Origin: Neophaeotheca triangularis
Taxonomy: Eukaryota
Assembly (NCBI GenBank): GCA_054600435.1
Contig: BAAIJX010000098.1
Span: 1-45,373 of the forward strand
Direction of reading: 5' to 3'
DNA: 45,373 nucleotides
Shown here: in pieces, positions 21,253 through 31,754 of the stretch
Position numbering within the stretch: position 1 is the first letter of the stretch
Layout of the letters: each line of letters starts with the position of its first letter
Program-made: the position numbers and the translations under genes
Notes under the pieces: model-generated
What the model saw: only the letters and a program-made list of their open reading frames with translations
The model's database searches: none
What the model was told of the DNA's origin: nothing

Positions 21253-22399
21253 ATACAGACAAGGTGAAAAGATAAAGATGATGTCGCATCCACTGTTGTA
21301 CACCGCTCATGCGGCGGGCAATCCAGCCTATCGCTGAGCATGGGACAGGCTCACAGGCCTTTTGACCTATGGTCATGTCACTCGATAGATTTTCGACGGT
21401 AAATTGTGCAAAAGGCTCAAAGGAACGCCCACGCGCGAGCATGATGACAGCGGAGCGTTGTTCAACCATTTGCTGCCACGTCGGCAGCATATGGACCTCT
21501 CAGAAAATAGGGCAGGCATTGAGGCCCAAGTACACCGAGCTCCCGGGGCCAATACCTAGGTAGTGACCTCTGCGACGCCCTTCTCTGCACATGTGAGCAT
21601 GGTCCGCGTACTTTTCAGCATACTGAGCTCCCCGTCTTGCCTTGGCGTTTCTAACGTCACATCTCCCTTCCTCGAACCGTACACGGCATCCCATGCTGTG
21701 CATGGCGCCGCATGTCTCCTCTGCGCGTGGCAATTATGATTTTTTGACAGCTCGCATGCTCGACGGCGCATCATGTTGTGGTACGGGATCCGCCATTGGA
21801 GCTGCATCGGCTGCTACATGTACCATGGCTAGTCGTCTCTTCCCTGACAGAGACTTCCTGCCAACCGCCAACCATAGCCAGAGCTGACAGCGCATCCCTT
21901 GCTGCATTGCCGGCGCGTGCGAAAAACGACGAATACAGTAGATTGCTGCTGAGAGACCGCTAATATTGGCGATCCGAGGGGGCCTAGCTCAACACTTCTA
22001 GCAGCGTGCATAGAGCCGTTCGTTGCCTTGCAGCATCGAATCCCCACAAGGCGGCCGGAACGATACTCATTATTGCCCCCGTCAGATTCTCCCGGGGTTC
22101 CGCATGGTTTGGAGCTCACTTGACTAGGAATCCATGCAACTAGGCTTTTAACTTTGACAAGAGACCAATGGCAGGCTGCATTTCTCGTCTAGACCTTGCA
22201 TGGTGTTCGGGAGGCCGGGGTCCATCGGCGATATCTGCTTTAATGGAGGCAGGAAGGTCCTCGTACTGAAGAACGGATCGACCATTGCTCGACAATATCA
22301 CATGCAGTATGCTCCCTCATCACATTAGCTGTACTGGCGAGGATTGGTACGGTTGTCGCGGGGACGGTAAGAATGCTGGGGGGGTCAGGTAGGAAGAGG

Positions 22400-22406
22400 T
22401 ATAAAA
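22400..22406 (+). promoter_or_regulatory. TATA box upstream of the KxDL gene
   Basis: TATAAAA 155 bp before the ATG, followed by a pyrimidine-rich leader. Confidence 0.55.
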
Positions 22407-22554
22407 ACCCGTACTTGGGTGTTTGCTTTCTCCTTGACTTCCTCTTCCTCATTCAATACTCTGCTTCTACCAGACTGACCTTGCTGAGTACCTCCATTCT
22501 TACCAAAGTCTTGCTACTTCGAACCATTCTCCAACACTTGCATCCTTTGGTCCT

Positions 22555-23248
22555 ATGTCGACATCTTACTACCAGACCCAGCCCACTGGCTCGCTGCCTA
22601 TCAGTGTTCCTGGCAAATCACCGCAACACGGTTACAATGTTCGCCACCACGCTCGCAACTCATCGGCCTACTCCCAGCTCTCGGCGTCGCCGCCAGAGCG
22701 ACCAGAAAGTGTCTCAAGCTCAGGCGCTGGGCTTTATTCGGCGCCAACGAGCAGTTACGCCGGCAGCACAAGCGACTATGACTCGCCATCAGGAGCGGCG
22801 AACGTGGACTTGCTGGACTACATGAGTGGCAGGCTTTCGCAGGCTTACGATCCTAATCCCATGGACCGGAATCTGGCGAAGCAGGCCCAAATGTAAGCCT
22901 CCAATCAGCCTTCAGTGATAACTGTGCGCTCCTGTAGCATTCGCTTATTCACTTGCAGGTCCGGCCAACTTAACGCGAAAAATCGTGAGCTGCTCACGCT
23001 CCAGGCAGAGGCGAAAGCTCGGCTTGCCAAAACTCGTGCCAACTTCGCCGACGGCATGAAGGCGGCGAAAGAAGTCCAGCGAGATCTCGAGTGGACTCAA
23101 AAGAAGGTTCAGTAAGTTCAACAAAGATGCTGAATCCGGGGAGATCTATGCTAACATGCCCAGTGCCATCAACCAACGAGCAGCATACAAATACCCCGAG
23201 CAGTACAGAGCCGCAAACCAACGATACCCGGCGCCCGTAGACTGCTGA
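22555..23248 (+). CDS. KXD1: BLOC-1/BORC-associated KxDL-domain protein; exons 22555-22892, 22959-23111, 23164-23248
   Basis: Ser-rich N-terminus, then DRNLAKQAQMSGQLNAK...EVQRDLEWTQKKV...KYPEQY (KxDL-type motif reads QRDL). Introns are canonical. Confidence 0.85.
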
Positions 23249-23987
23249 AGTCTTCACAGACGTGTTGTGGTACTCGCCATCACTCTTGTACAAATGTACG
23301 ATCACTTTATTGGACGACTTACGGCCGGCTTTCTGCTTTCTGCGACCTGGGAGGGTCTGTCGTTACATTAAGCTCTGGGTGGAGTTTATTAAGGTCGGAG
23401 TACCTTGCATTGGTGTCTGCAATCTCCGGTGCGTTTTGGGTGCTTTGCATGAGTCGCTGCGCTAGTTTCACACCATCAAACGACTGCCGGCAGGCTTCGC
23501 ACGGACGCGGACGGCAGGGTCTCTGTTTGCTAGCGATTCTCGCAGCAGTGCTCAAGAAACCTTTGGTCGATTACCCTTTCATCGGGATCAAGTCCTTTTT
23601 CCAGTGTGCCAGATTAGACAAACCGTCGAGCTTTTGGCTATGATAATTCGGAGCGCGTTGGCGTACGGAGGCGAGGCAAAAGCCAACATGTTTTCATGAC
23701 CGCAAGTTCTGGATAAGTCAGACCGATCGCAATGTTGCGAGCTGCCTGCGAGCTGCCTCGGTGTGTCTCATGATTGCTCATGACGGCTCAATGCTGGGAG
23801 ACATGCCTTTGTTCCAGCCAATCCATACACGGCCACGGGAGTGACGAGATGCCAGCCCTGCGTTGCTAGATGAGATCTACGGTGCTTTGAAACCCGCCAA
23901 TGAAGCAAGGGCATCAACGTGGCATGCCTTTGGGAGACGGTCGAGGTAAACGGCTGCGTGAAATGAAGATCACGTGACTGTCTATTT

Positions 23988-24015
23988 TTCCCGAAGCTTC
24001 CCGAAGCTGCTCGAA
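23988..24015. promoter_or_regulatory. Heat-shock element (HSF binding site)
   Basis: TTCnnGAAnnTTCnnGAA (four perfect inverted pentamers, 23988-24005) plus a phased GAA at 24013, upstream of the small HSP gene. TATAAGA lies at 24192. Confidence 0.85.
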
Positions 24016-24354
24016 ACTGCTTTCAAATATCGCCACGACTCAAATCACAACACTCATCCAGTAACTTGGGTCAGTCATACATGATGGCGAGGTACAACTC
24101 GAAGCTGCTGTCATCATCTCGCAGCTTCCAGCATCATCTAGAGGTAGGTCTCAGTTGGCAATGGGTGATTCCAAAGCCATCTCAAGGAGAGTATAAGAAT
24201 GCCTTGCTGCTCTCTCTTTCCTCCTCACCATCAGATCAAGAGACCAAAGCACTGATCAAAGCAACTCTCATCTATGCAATCAATCCGCATCGACAACCGA
24301 CTACCACAGGTCTACCGAGTCTACAAATCAGCGCCCGCCACCAACACCCGCAAA

Positions 24355-24993
24355 ATGTCTTTCTTCCCACGCTTCGTCACCAACGAGTTTGCTCCAATGT
24401 TCCGACTGATGGACGACTACGCCAGTCATGTCGCCATTCGCAGCGGCCCACAGTTCACCTGCAGCCTGCGCAGCTTCCAGCCAAAGTTCGACGTCAAAGA
24501 GACCAAAACATCGTACGAGCTGCACGGAGAATTGCCCGGCATCGACCAGAAAGACATTGATATCGAGTTCACCGACAACCAAACCCTCAGCATCAAAGGC
24601 CACACCGAACAATTCCGCGAAGAGGGCACTCGACCTGCGGGCTTTCTCGAGGGCGGCCAAGGCGAACAGAGCAAGATCGCCGAGTCCGAGAGGAGTGCTA
24701 CCCCCGAAAGCAACTATCACAAGCCCACGGTCGAAGACGATTCGGGAAATGTCTCGATCAATGCCCCCGAGACACCGAACCACGACGCCCAAGTAGCACA
24801 GCCACAGAAGCAAAGCCCATCTACATCACGCTACTGGGTCTCTGAGCGCTCTATCGGCGACTTCGCTCGCACCTTCGCCTTCCCTGACCGCGTCGACCAA
24901 GACAATGTCAAGGCTAGTCTTAAGAATGGCATCCTTAACATCGTCATTCCAAAGGCCGCAGCCCCTGTTGCTAGGCGCATAACTGTCGAATGA
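24355..24993 (+). CDS. hsp30: Small heat-shock protein (Hsp20/alpha-crystallin, fungal Hsp30 type)
   Basis: Begins MSFFPRF. Motifs FQPKFDVKET, ELHGELPGI, YWVSERSIGDFARTFAFP and ASLKNGILNIVIPK. A second in-frame ATG lies upstream at 24274. Confidence 0.95.
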   Translation: MSFFPRFVTNEFAPMFRLMDDYASHVAIRSGPQFTCSLRSFQPKFDVKETKTSYELHGELPGIDQKDIDIEFTDNQTLSIKGHTEQFREEGTRPAGFLEGGQGEQSKIAESERSATPESNYHKPTVEDDSGNVSINAPETPNHDAQVAQPQKQSPSTSRYWVSERSIGDFARTFAFPDRVDQDNVKASLKNGILNIVIPKAAAPVARRITVE

Positions 24994-25217
24994 GACGATT
25001 CCGCAGAGAAGGCATAACCTTGGGACTTTCGGGGGAGGATGCCTAGGCGGCATTTACCGGAGTTGGATCTTCCTGGGTACCTAATAATCTTGTACGATAG
25101 CATGAATGACGAGAATGATGACATGAAATTGTAGCATTGACTGTTCGTTTCCATCTCTCTAGCTTCGACATCTATGCACCCATTCAAGCATCACTCCGTA
25201 GCGGTGAAACTATCATC

Positions 25218-26326
25218 CTAGTAAGTGCCTGCATGATTTTGCAGGAACCCACCGTCGATGACCATGATGTTGCCGTTGCAATACGCACCCGCCTTCGAAG
25301 CAAGGTATAAAATGGTGCCTGCCATCTCCTCCTGATTCCCCATGCGTTGCTGTGGCACTAGCGTTCGAGGCATAACGCCGCCTGTCGATTCAAAATTCTT
25401 GGAAATTACTGTTGTCATGTCTGACGGAAACCCTGCGAAGGTGTTAGCTTTCACGTCTTTTGCCATTGATGGAAACACCGGAACTTACAGCCTGGCGCAA
25501 TGACATTGGCGCGGATGTCAAAGGGGACGAGAAAAGATCCCAGATTCTTCATCAAATGGTGCACGGCAGCTTTGCTTGCATTCTGTATCTCTGGCATCAG
25601 TACGGCTCCTCTCACCCGGTCGACCCGTAGCGGAAGCCACTCACGTAGATGAAGGAGTCGGTGAACCTGGTCAAGCCACCGACGCTGCCAATAGTCACGA
25701 CTTGAGAGGTAGGCGCGCCTTTCTGCCTGCGCTTGTTGCCGGCACCAAGCAATTCCAGGAAAGCCATAGTCGTTGTGAATACTGCCGCGGTGTTGGTCTC
25801 CAGACAGTCCCGCCATAGCTCCTGTGGACGATAATTGAAATAGTAATCCCTGACATCTTTGATCGACGACTCGCCCGTCGGTTTTGGACGAGCGTTGGGC
25901 GAGCTGTCAAAGGTCGTCATACCGGCGTTGTTCACTAGGAGATCAATGTAGCCGGTTTTCTCGGTGATGGTGTCGACGGCTGCTTGGAGATCGTCGTGCG
26001 ACGTCGTTGAGCCGGGGAGCGGGATGAGGTTTCCAGTCTTCTGAGGGTGGTTTTAGTATACGATAGGAACGTTGCCATCGGAAAGTCAGACTTACCGAGC
26101 CATTCGCAGCCTGCTCGAGGACCTCTTTACGCCGACCTGTGATGTAGACCTTCGCGCCGTTTTCCTCGAGGGCCTTGGCGAGCATCAGACCGACGCCTGT
26201 ACCGCCTATTGAAATAATTAGTTGAGAGAGATCATCGTCGGGTTGTGTTCAAAACTTACCTCCCGTGACGACGGCGACCAGACCGGTCACGTCGTTGAGA
26301 CGATCTCTCGAGAAGTCAGAGGCCAT
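25218..26326 (-). CDS. Classical short-chain dehydrogenase/reductase; exons 26326-26260, 26205-26096, 26040-25645, 25582-25489, 25432-25218
   Basis: Spliced motifs VAVVTGGGTGVG, IDLLVNNAG, intact YNASK (split by intron 3), NVIAPGWFPSDM and VIDGG. Four GT-AG introns. Confidence 0.9.
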
Positions 26327-26717
26327 GTTTTGATGGAATCGCCTACTTGGTGTTTTCTGTTAGGATTCTCTTCTATTCTGTTACCAAGATCTGCTTTTGA
26401 ATCGAAGACTAGTCCAGGAAGGAGCGCAGCCAGGCCAACTGGCAATCATCGAACATCGATCGTTGGAGGTAGATGAGGTGAAAACTAAATGACTAAGCAC
26501 ACTTTTTCCGTTGGAGACCCGTCCAGCGCGTCGAGCGTGCGACCACTTCCAAGTGTCTGCAGTAATATGAACATCTATGCCGCTATGTAGAAAGACCAAA
26601 ACGAGCGATAAGGGACGACGACAAGGTGCTTGAAGCACAAGCACGGTGACTCCGTTGGTTCAGCCAGCGCGCAATCTATACAATCTTTCACTATCTATGC
26701 ATCCTTTGGAACAACCA

Positions 26718-29700
26718 CTACTTCTTCTTGGAACCCTTCCCCCCGCGATTACCCTTTCCCCCCTTTCCTCCCTTTCCGCCCTTTCCTCCCTTTGCACCCT
26801 CGGCCCCACCGGCCATTAGCACTCTCACACTCTTCACAGGCAGGATACCCACAACCTCCACATCCTTCATGCCCTTAATAAGCTCTCCTTCTCTCGGCCA
26901 GATCCTCTCAGTGTCCTCGGCCTTCTGATCAACCTTCTTCGCATCCGCAGAATCCTTGGTCCACTTGCCAAGAATCTCCCTCACCGCTTTGCCCTTCTTC
27001 TGGCTCCCAGGTTGCAGCTTGGCCTTGTATTTGTGCTTACCAAGAGCCGCCCAAGGTGCACACACGGGGAATGCGTCGATGATCTCGTCGCCAGGTAAAG
27101 GGTTGCCCACAAAAGCGTCGAGGGAGCTAAGCTGCGCGGTTTCCTCCTGGCTCAGATCTTCGACACCCTCTTCGATATTAAGGCGGCGAATTTCCTCCGC
27201 TTCAAGGCCTTCACGCTGTGTCTTCTCGTGTTGGGCTTTGCGGCGTGCTCGAGCGGCTTCGGCACTTTCTGCTTTGGAGACCTGCTGCTCGGCTTGCGCT
27301 TGCTTACGCTCTTCGCCTGTCTTGTAGCCTAATAATCTCATAGCGAGTTCTCGGTCTTCTTCGTCCTGGTCGGCATACTTGGCTGCGATCTTCTTCGCCT
27401 TCCCACGTTTGCCGCGAGTCGGTTGGGCAGGCTTCGACGCAGCCTTAGGTGCAGATTTGGTTGACGGTGGGCCGGACTGTTCGCTTGGTCCCCGCTGTTC
27501 ACCTTTTGTGACCGCCTTGTCATCCGAGGCCGGAGCCTCGAGCGAGGCTTCGTGGGGCTGATCATCGTCCCCATCGCCTGCTGAGTCTTCCTCGGGATAT
27601 TCCTCCTCTTCGTTTTGCTCAGCGTTTTCGGCTTCCTGGGCGCGATTATCCGTTTGCAGTGGATTGCTCGGCGTCTGTCGTTCGTCCCCCTCGTCCTCAG
27701 ATTCAGAGTTCGCATAATCGTGTGGCGCGTCAGGTAATTCGTCGTCAGAGTCTTCGTGTACATGCACTCGTGGCGCAGCCCCAGAAGTGCCTTCATCTTC
27801 CTCGCCATCAGTGCCCCTGGTAGCGTCTGGGAACTCGTCGTCGTCGTCGTCACTTCCGTCTTGTTCATTGCCTGCAGACGTCTCTGCACCAGTATCACCA
27901 TCTGTCAAGTCTGGTGTGGCCAACGACTCCGATGGCTCCTTGTGGCGGTGCTTGGCGTGTCTTGCCTTGCTTTCCTCGCTTATCTGAAAAACAATAGCGA
28001 ATCCCAGCAGGAGCTGCGCGGGTGGCAGGAAGTTCTTTTTCCCTTTAATCATGAAGCCACCAGTCATCAGATATTCTCCAGTGGGCGCGGTTTTGGAAAC
28101 TTGGTCAGCGTTCACCCACCAAGCACTCATGACTGCCTTGCTGTCCCAAGCGCTGCTGGTACAGACAGCCAGATTGCCGGCCTGAGACAACGTAGAGGGC
28201 GGTATGGGCGCCTCTGGAGTCTTTGGATTATTCTTGATGATGACGCTCGCGGCTCCGTGCAGATCAGCATGCACATAGATATCGCCCTTCCGCAAGTAAC
28301 GACGGTAAAGCAGCTCGTTCTGCTGGGCGTCCCTGCCCGCCAAGACGAGGTAGCCGTCGGACGAAATGAAGTAAACGAACTTTTCGAACCACATTTGCTT
28401 TCGCACTGGTCGCAAGACATCTTTTTCCGTCTTCAAGCCCTTCTTGAGATCAGCCATGACTTTCTGCTCTGTACTGCGTAGAGCCTTTTGCGAAGCCTCT
28501 GCTGTTCTTCCCTGCTTGACGGCTGCGGTTCGCCTCTGGTCGTAGTAGTCCCGTGCGTTGGCCCATGGCGACAGTCCCAGGTCTATGTCGATGGAAAGAC
28601 GTTTGTCCTCCGGCTTCGAAAGCGTCTTCTTCGGCGCGGGAGTATCTTCGGCCTCGCTGTCTGACGGCTCGCTCTCCGTCTCGTCGGCCATGTCGTCTTC
28701 GGCAACATCGTCGTAGCCTGAAAGAAGCAACGTTACTGTGTTTTCTTGAAGCTTCAGCGGCAATTTGATCATTTCAGCAACAGCGTTGCCTCTGCTTTTC
28801 TCATTCTCGATGAGCTGCCCGATATCAGCCCAGTCCATGCCTTGAGAGATCAAACCGTTCACAGCTGCGACAGCCTCTTCCACCCTCTCCACATTGGCCT
28901 CGATGGCTTGCGCCTTCTGCACGTTATTGTCTTGGACTTGCTGTAGACCATCAATACGTTTGGCCTGTTCCTGCTTCGCCTGGTCAATCCTCCTCCTTGC
29001 GTTATCCTCCCGCTCTTGCAGCTTTGACTCGAGCTTTTGACCCTCGATAGAAGAGAAGAAGTCATCGACCGCTTTGTTGAAGCCTTCATACTCGAGAAAG
29101 GTAGTCGACGGGTCAGAAGCATACTGCAGCGGTTTGAACGGATGAAAGTCATCGTACATCAAGCCAGCCCTCGAGTCCTCTTCCTCACCTTCTGCGACGG
29201 GTCGGCGATTCTCATTGCGCTTCGCCATGATGTATCCCTTGGCTACATCAGTGCTTGTCATCTCGTTCATGACATTTTGGGCCTCATTGAGGGTCTTCAT
29301 TAGCTTCTCCAGCAGCTCCTCTTTCTCCAAGACCTGCTCTGGTAGCGTCTCGCGGTCAAACTCCGTCGCATGCATTGCATGATCGATCAGCACCGGCGGG
29401 AATTCCGTTGTTGTGACCGCCAAAGCCTTCCTCAGTTGATCCCCACCCTTCTTCTTGATCTTCTTGCCTGGCTTCTGTGCATCCTGCTGCTGTCTGTCAA
29501 GCGCCTTTTGCAGCCCCTCTCGCACCCTCTCTTTGGTCAAAGGCGGCACGCCCTCGAAGTTCTGCCGCAAAGAAAGGTCGTACGTATTTCCAAGGCGGTA
29601 TTGCTCGTGCTCGGCACCCTCGCTGACATTGCGCAGCAGCGCCAGGATCGTAAGGTTGTTATCCGTGAGAACAATGTTTCCGCCAGCGTAGAACTCAAAA

Positions 29701-30084
29701 AACAGCCTGTACTGTCCATCCGAGAAGGTGATGTCGATAATGCGGTCCGTACCGACCTGTGAGACTGCGGTAACTCTGCGTGTCCGCAAGAACTTTCGCA
29801 GCCTGGCGACGAATGGCGACGGCGCAGCGGCCGTTGCTCGTGCAAATGCCGTGAGATGGCATCGAAAGCCCGAATCTATGACCAGTTGCTCTTTGTGCTC
29901 TGGCTTGGCGAACTTGAGGAGGAAAATACGGGTCGAGAGGTCATAAACGTTGCTTAAACGAAGAGAGACGAGGCTCTTGGAGAGCTCGTGGACGATGATC
30001 TAGGGCGTGTCAGTGGTGCCGTGTAGTTTTGTGGAAGTAGACTGCTTTTACCTTGACGTCGAGAGACGAGAATCGCTGTTTCAT
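26718..30084 (-). CDS. RQC2: Ribosome quality control complex subunit 2 (NEMF/Tae2); exons 30084-30052, 29999-26718
   Basis: Begins MKQRFSSLDVK|IIVHEL..LRLSNVYDL. Motifs GTDRII, WFEKFVYFISSDGYLVLAGRDAQQNE and QVSKTAPTGEYL, plus C-terminal NFACT-C (PVCAPW..YKAKLQPG). Confidence 0.96.
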
Positions 30085-31754
30085 CTTGCCTGCCAGTACC
30101 CAGTTCTGGGAATGCTACCAACAACTCAGGTCAAGGTGGTGGCTGCCGATGGCATCGGGATATTAGTGGTTGTTAGGAACATTGGATGGGACAAAAGTTC
30201 ACTGTTACAAACGTCATCGACCACAGCTGTGCAGGGCAGAAACGGAAGCCCCACCTGCTCATCATCCCACGCCAGTGAGGAAGGTACGTCGGATACGAAT
30301 CGAGGTGAAGGAATACCCAAGGTAACGTTAGTATCAATACTACACACATATCATGCAACCGTCCATCAATTGCTATTCACTTGCAGGATACACACTGTCA
30401 AGACGATACTGTTGACTTGACACATTTCACCAGATTATCGTACAATATCTGCCTTCCCTCGCCGCATGTGTGTTCGCCGATTTCACACTCTTCGCGGGCG
30501 ATTTCGGTTCGATTCTCCCTCAACCATTACCAAGGTTCTTCTGGTAAGATGAAAGGCTCTCAAGGATGGTGCTGTACCCCGTGCTTGCAATCGGAGTCCT
30601 CCTAGATACCTCCTACTCCCTTGTAGTAGTGATAGAGCAACTGGCTTTGTTGGAATTCCATGGAGCTTTGCCCTTTGATCTAAAAGGACGGGAGCTTTCT
30701 TGACTTTGCATCATGTACTCGGTTGCTCTACCTCACTCGTACCCGATCTATGCAGTCGGCCGATTCTGGAAAAAAAAAATACCGACGACGGCGCCGGTAG
30801 TTCTTGTTTTGAGGAGTGACTCAAAATCAAAGTAACAATGGGCGAGACTAGAGAAGTACATTATTGTAAGTAGGTAGGTGGCCATGCATGTACCTAAGTA
30901 GGCGAAAGGAGGTTGCTGTACTACTTGTACCTGTTCGGCCACTGACCGAGTAGCGACGTACCTATTTGTTATAGGTACCTACCTTCACCAGGTATCTTAT
31001 GTAGTAGTAGCTGTGGCGCGAATCGGAAGAGCACATACGTATGGTAGTATGTAGTGTACTAATCAAATCCTTCACTCTGCCTTGTTTTCTGTCGAGTCTT
31101 GATCACATGTTGCGGAAGCGAATGAAGACGACAGCTAACACTAGTTACCTTGTAATTGGTGTTTGTCCACAGTGATAATTGATGATTATCATTATTATTG
31201 CAGCATCTTCATAATCGTCGCTGGTGGAACTTGAAAGTCCGCGGCAAACCAGCTTCTCCACACATTCCTTACAAATGAAGGTACACCGACCGACACCGTA
31301 CTAGTACCTGACCATCTTCCAGTTAGTAAGGTTGCCTTGAAGCTGGCGCAAGTGCGCGTCACGCCGACGAACAAACAACTGCTCCGTCGGCATTGCGACT
31401 CCACGCTCCATGTTTGCAAACCTTCATCATCCTCCTCTTCTTCCTACTACTTGATCATCTTTCACTACCATCGGCCAACCGCCTCTTTTCCAACGTCTCA
31501 ACCCCGGCTCCCACCTCTTGTTCGGATCCGGTATCCGGACGAGACGCAACCCGGCACCACTCACTACCTTACGTCCCTCGACAGACATACCTTCGTCCTC
31601 CCATACCTCCATTTCTGCCCGCATAGCCTGCATGGCATCTACGTGATTCTAGTCAGGACATCTTGGAAGGATGGTGCCTACAGCTTACGGATAGCTACAA
31701 GAGGAAGGACATTGAGCTCAATACTCCCTGCACTCTTCATCTTTGTCGACTGCA

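Noticed and set aside
30506..30516. GGTTCGATTCT, resembling a tRNA T-loop / B-box
   Set aside because: The flanking bases do not form a T-stem, and I found no cloverleaf or A-box. At most an isolated B-box-like match.
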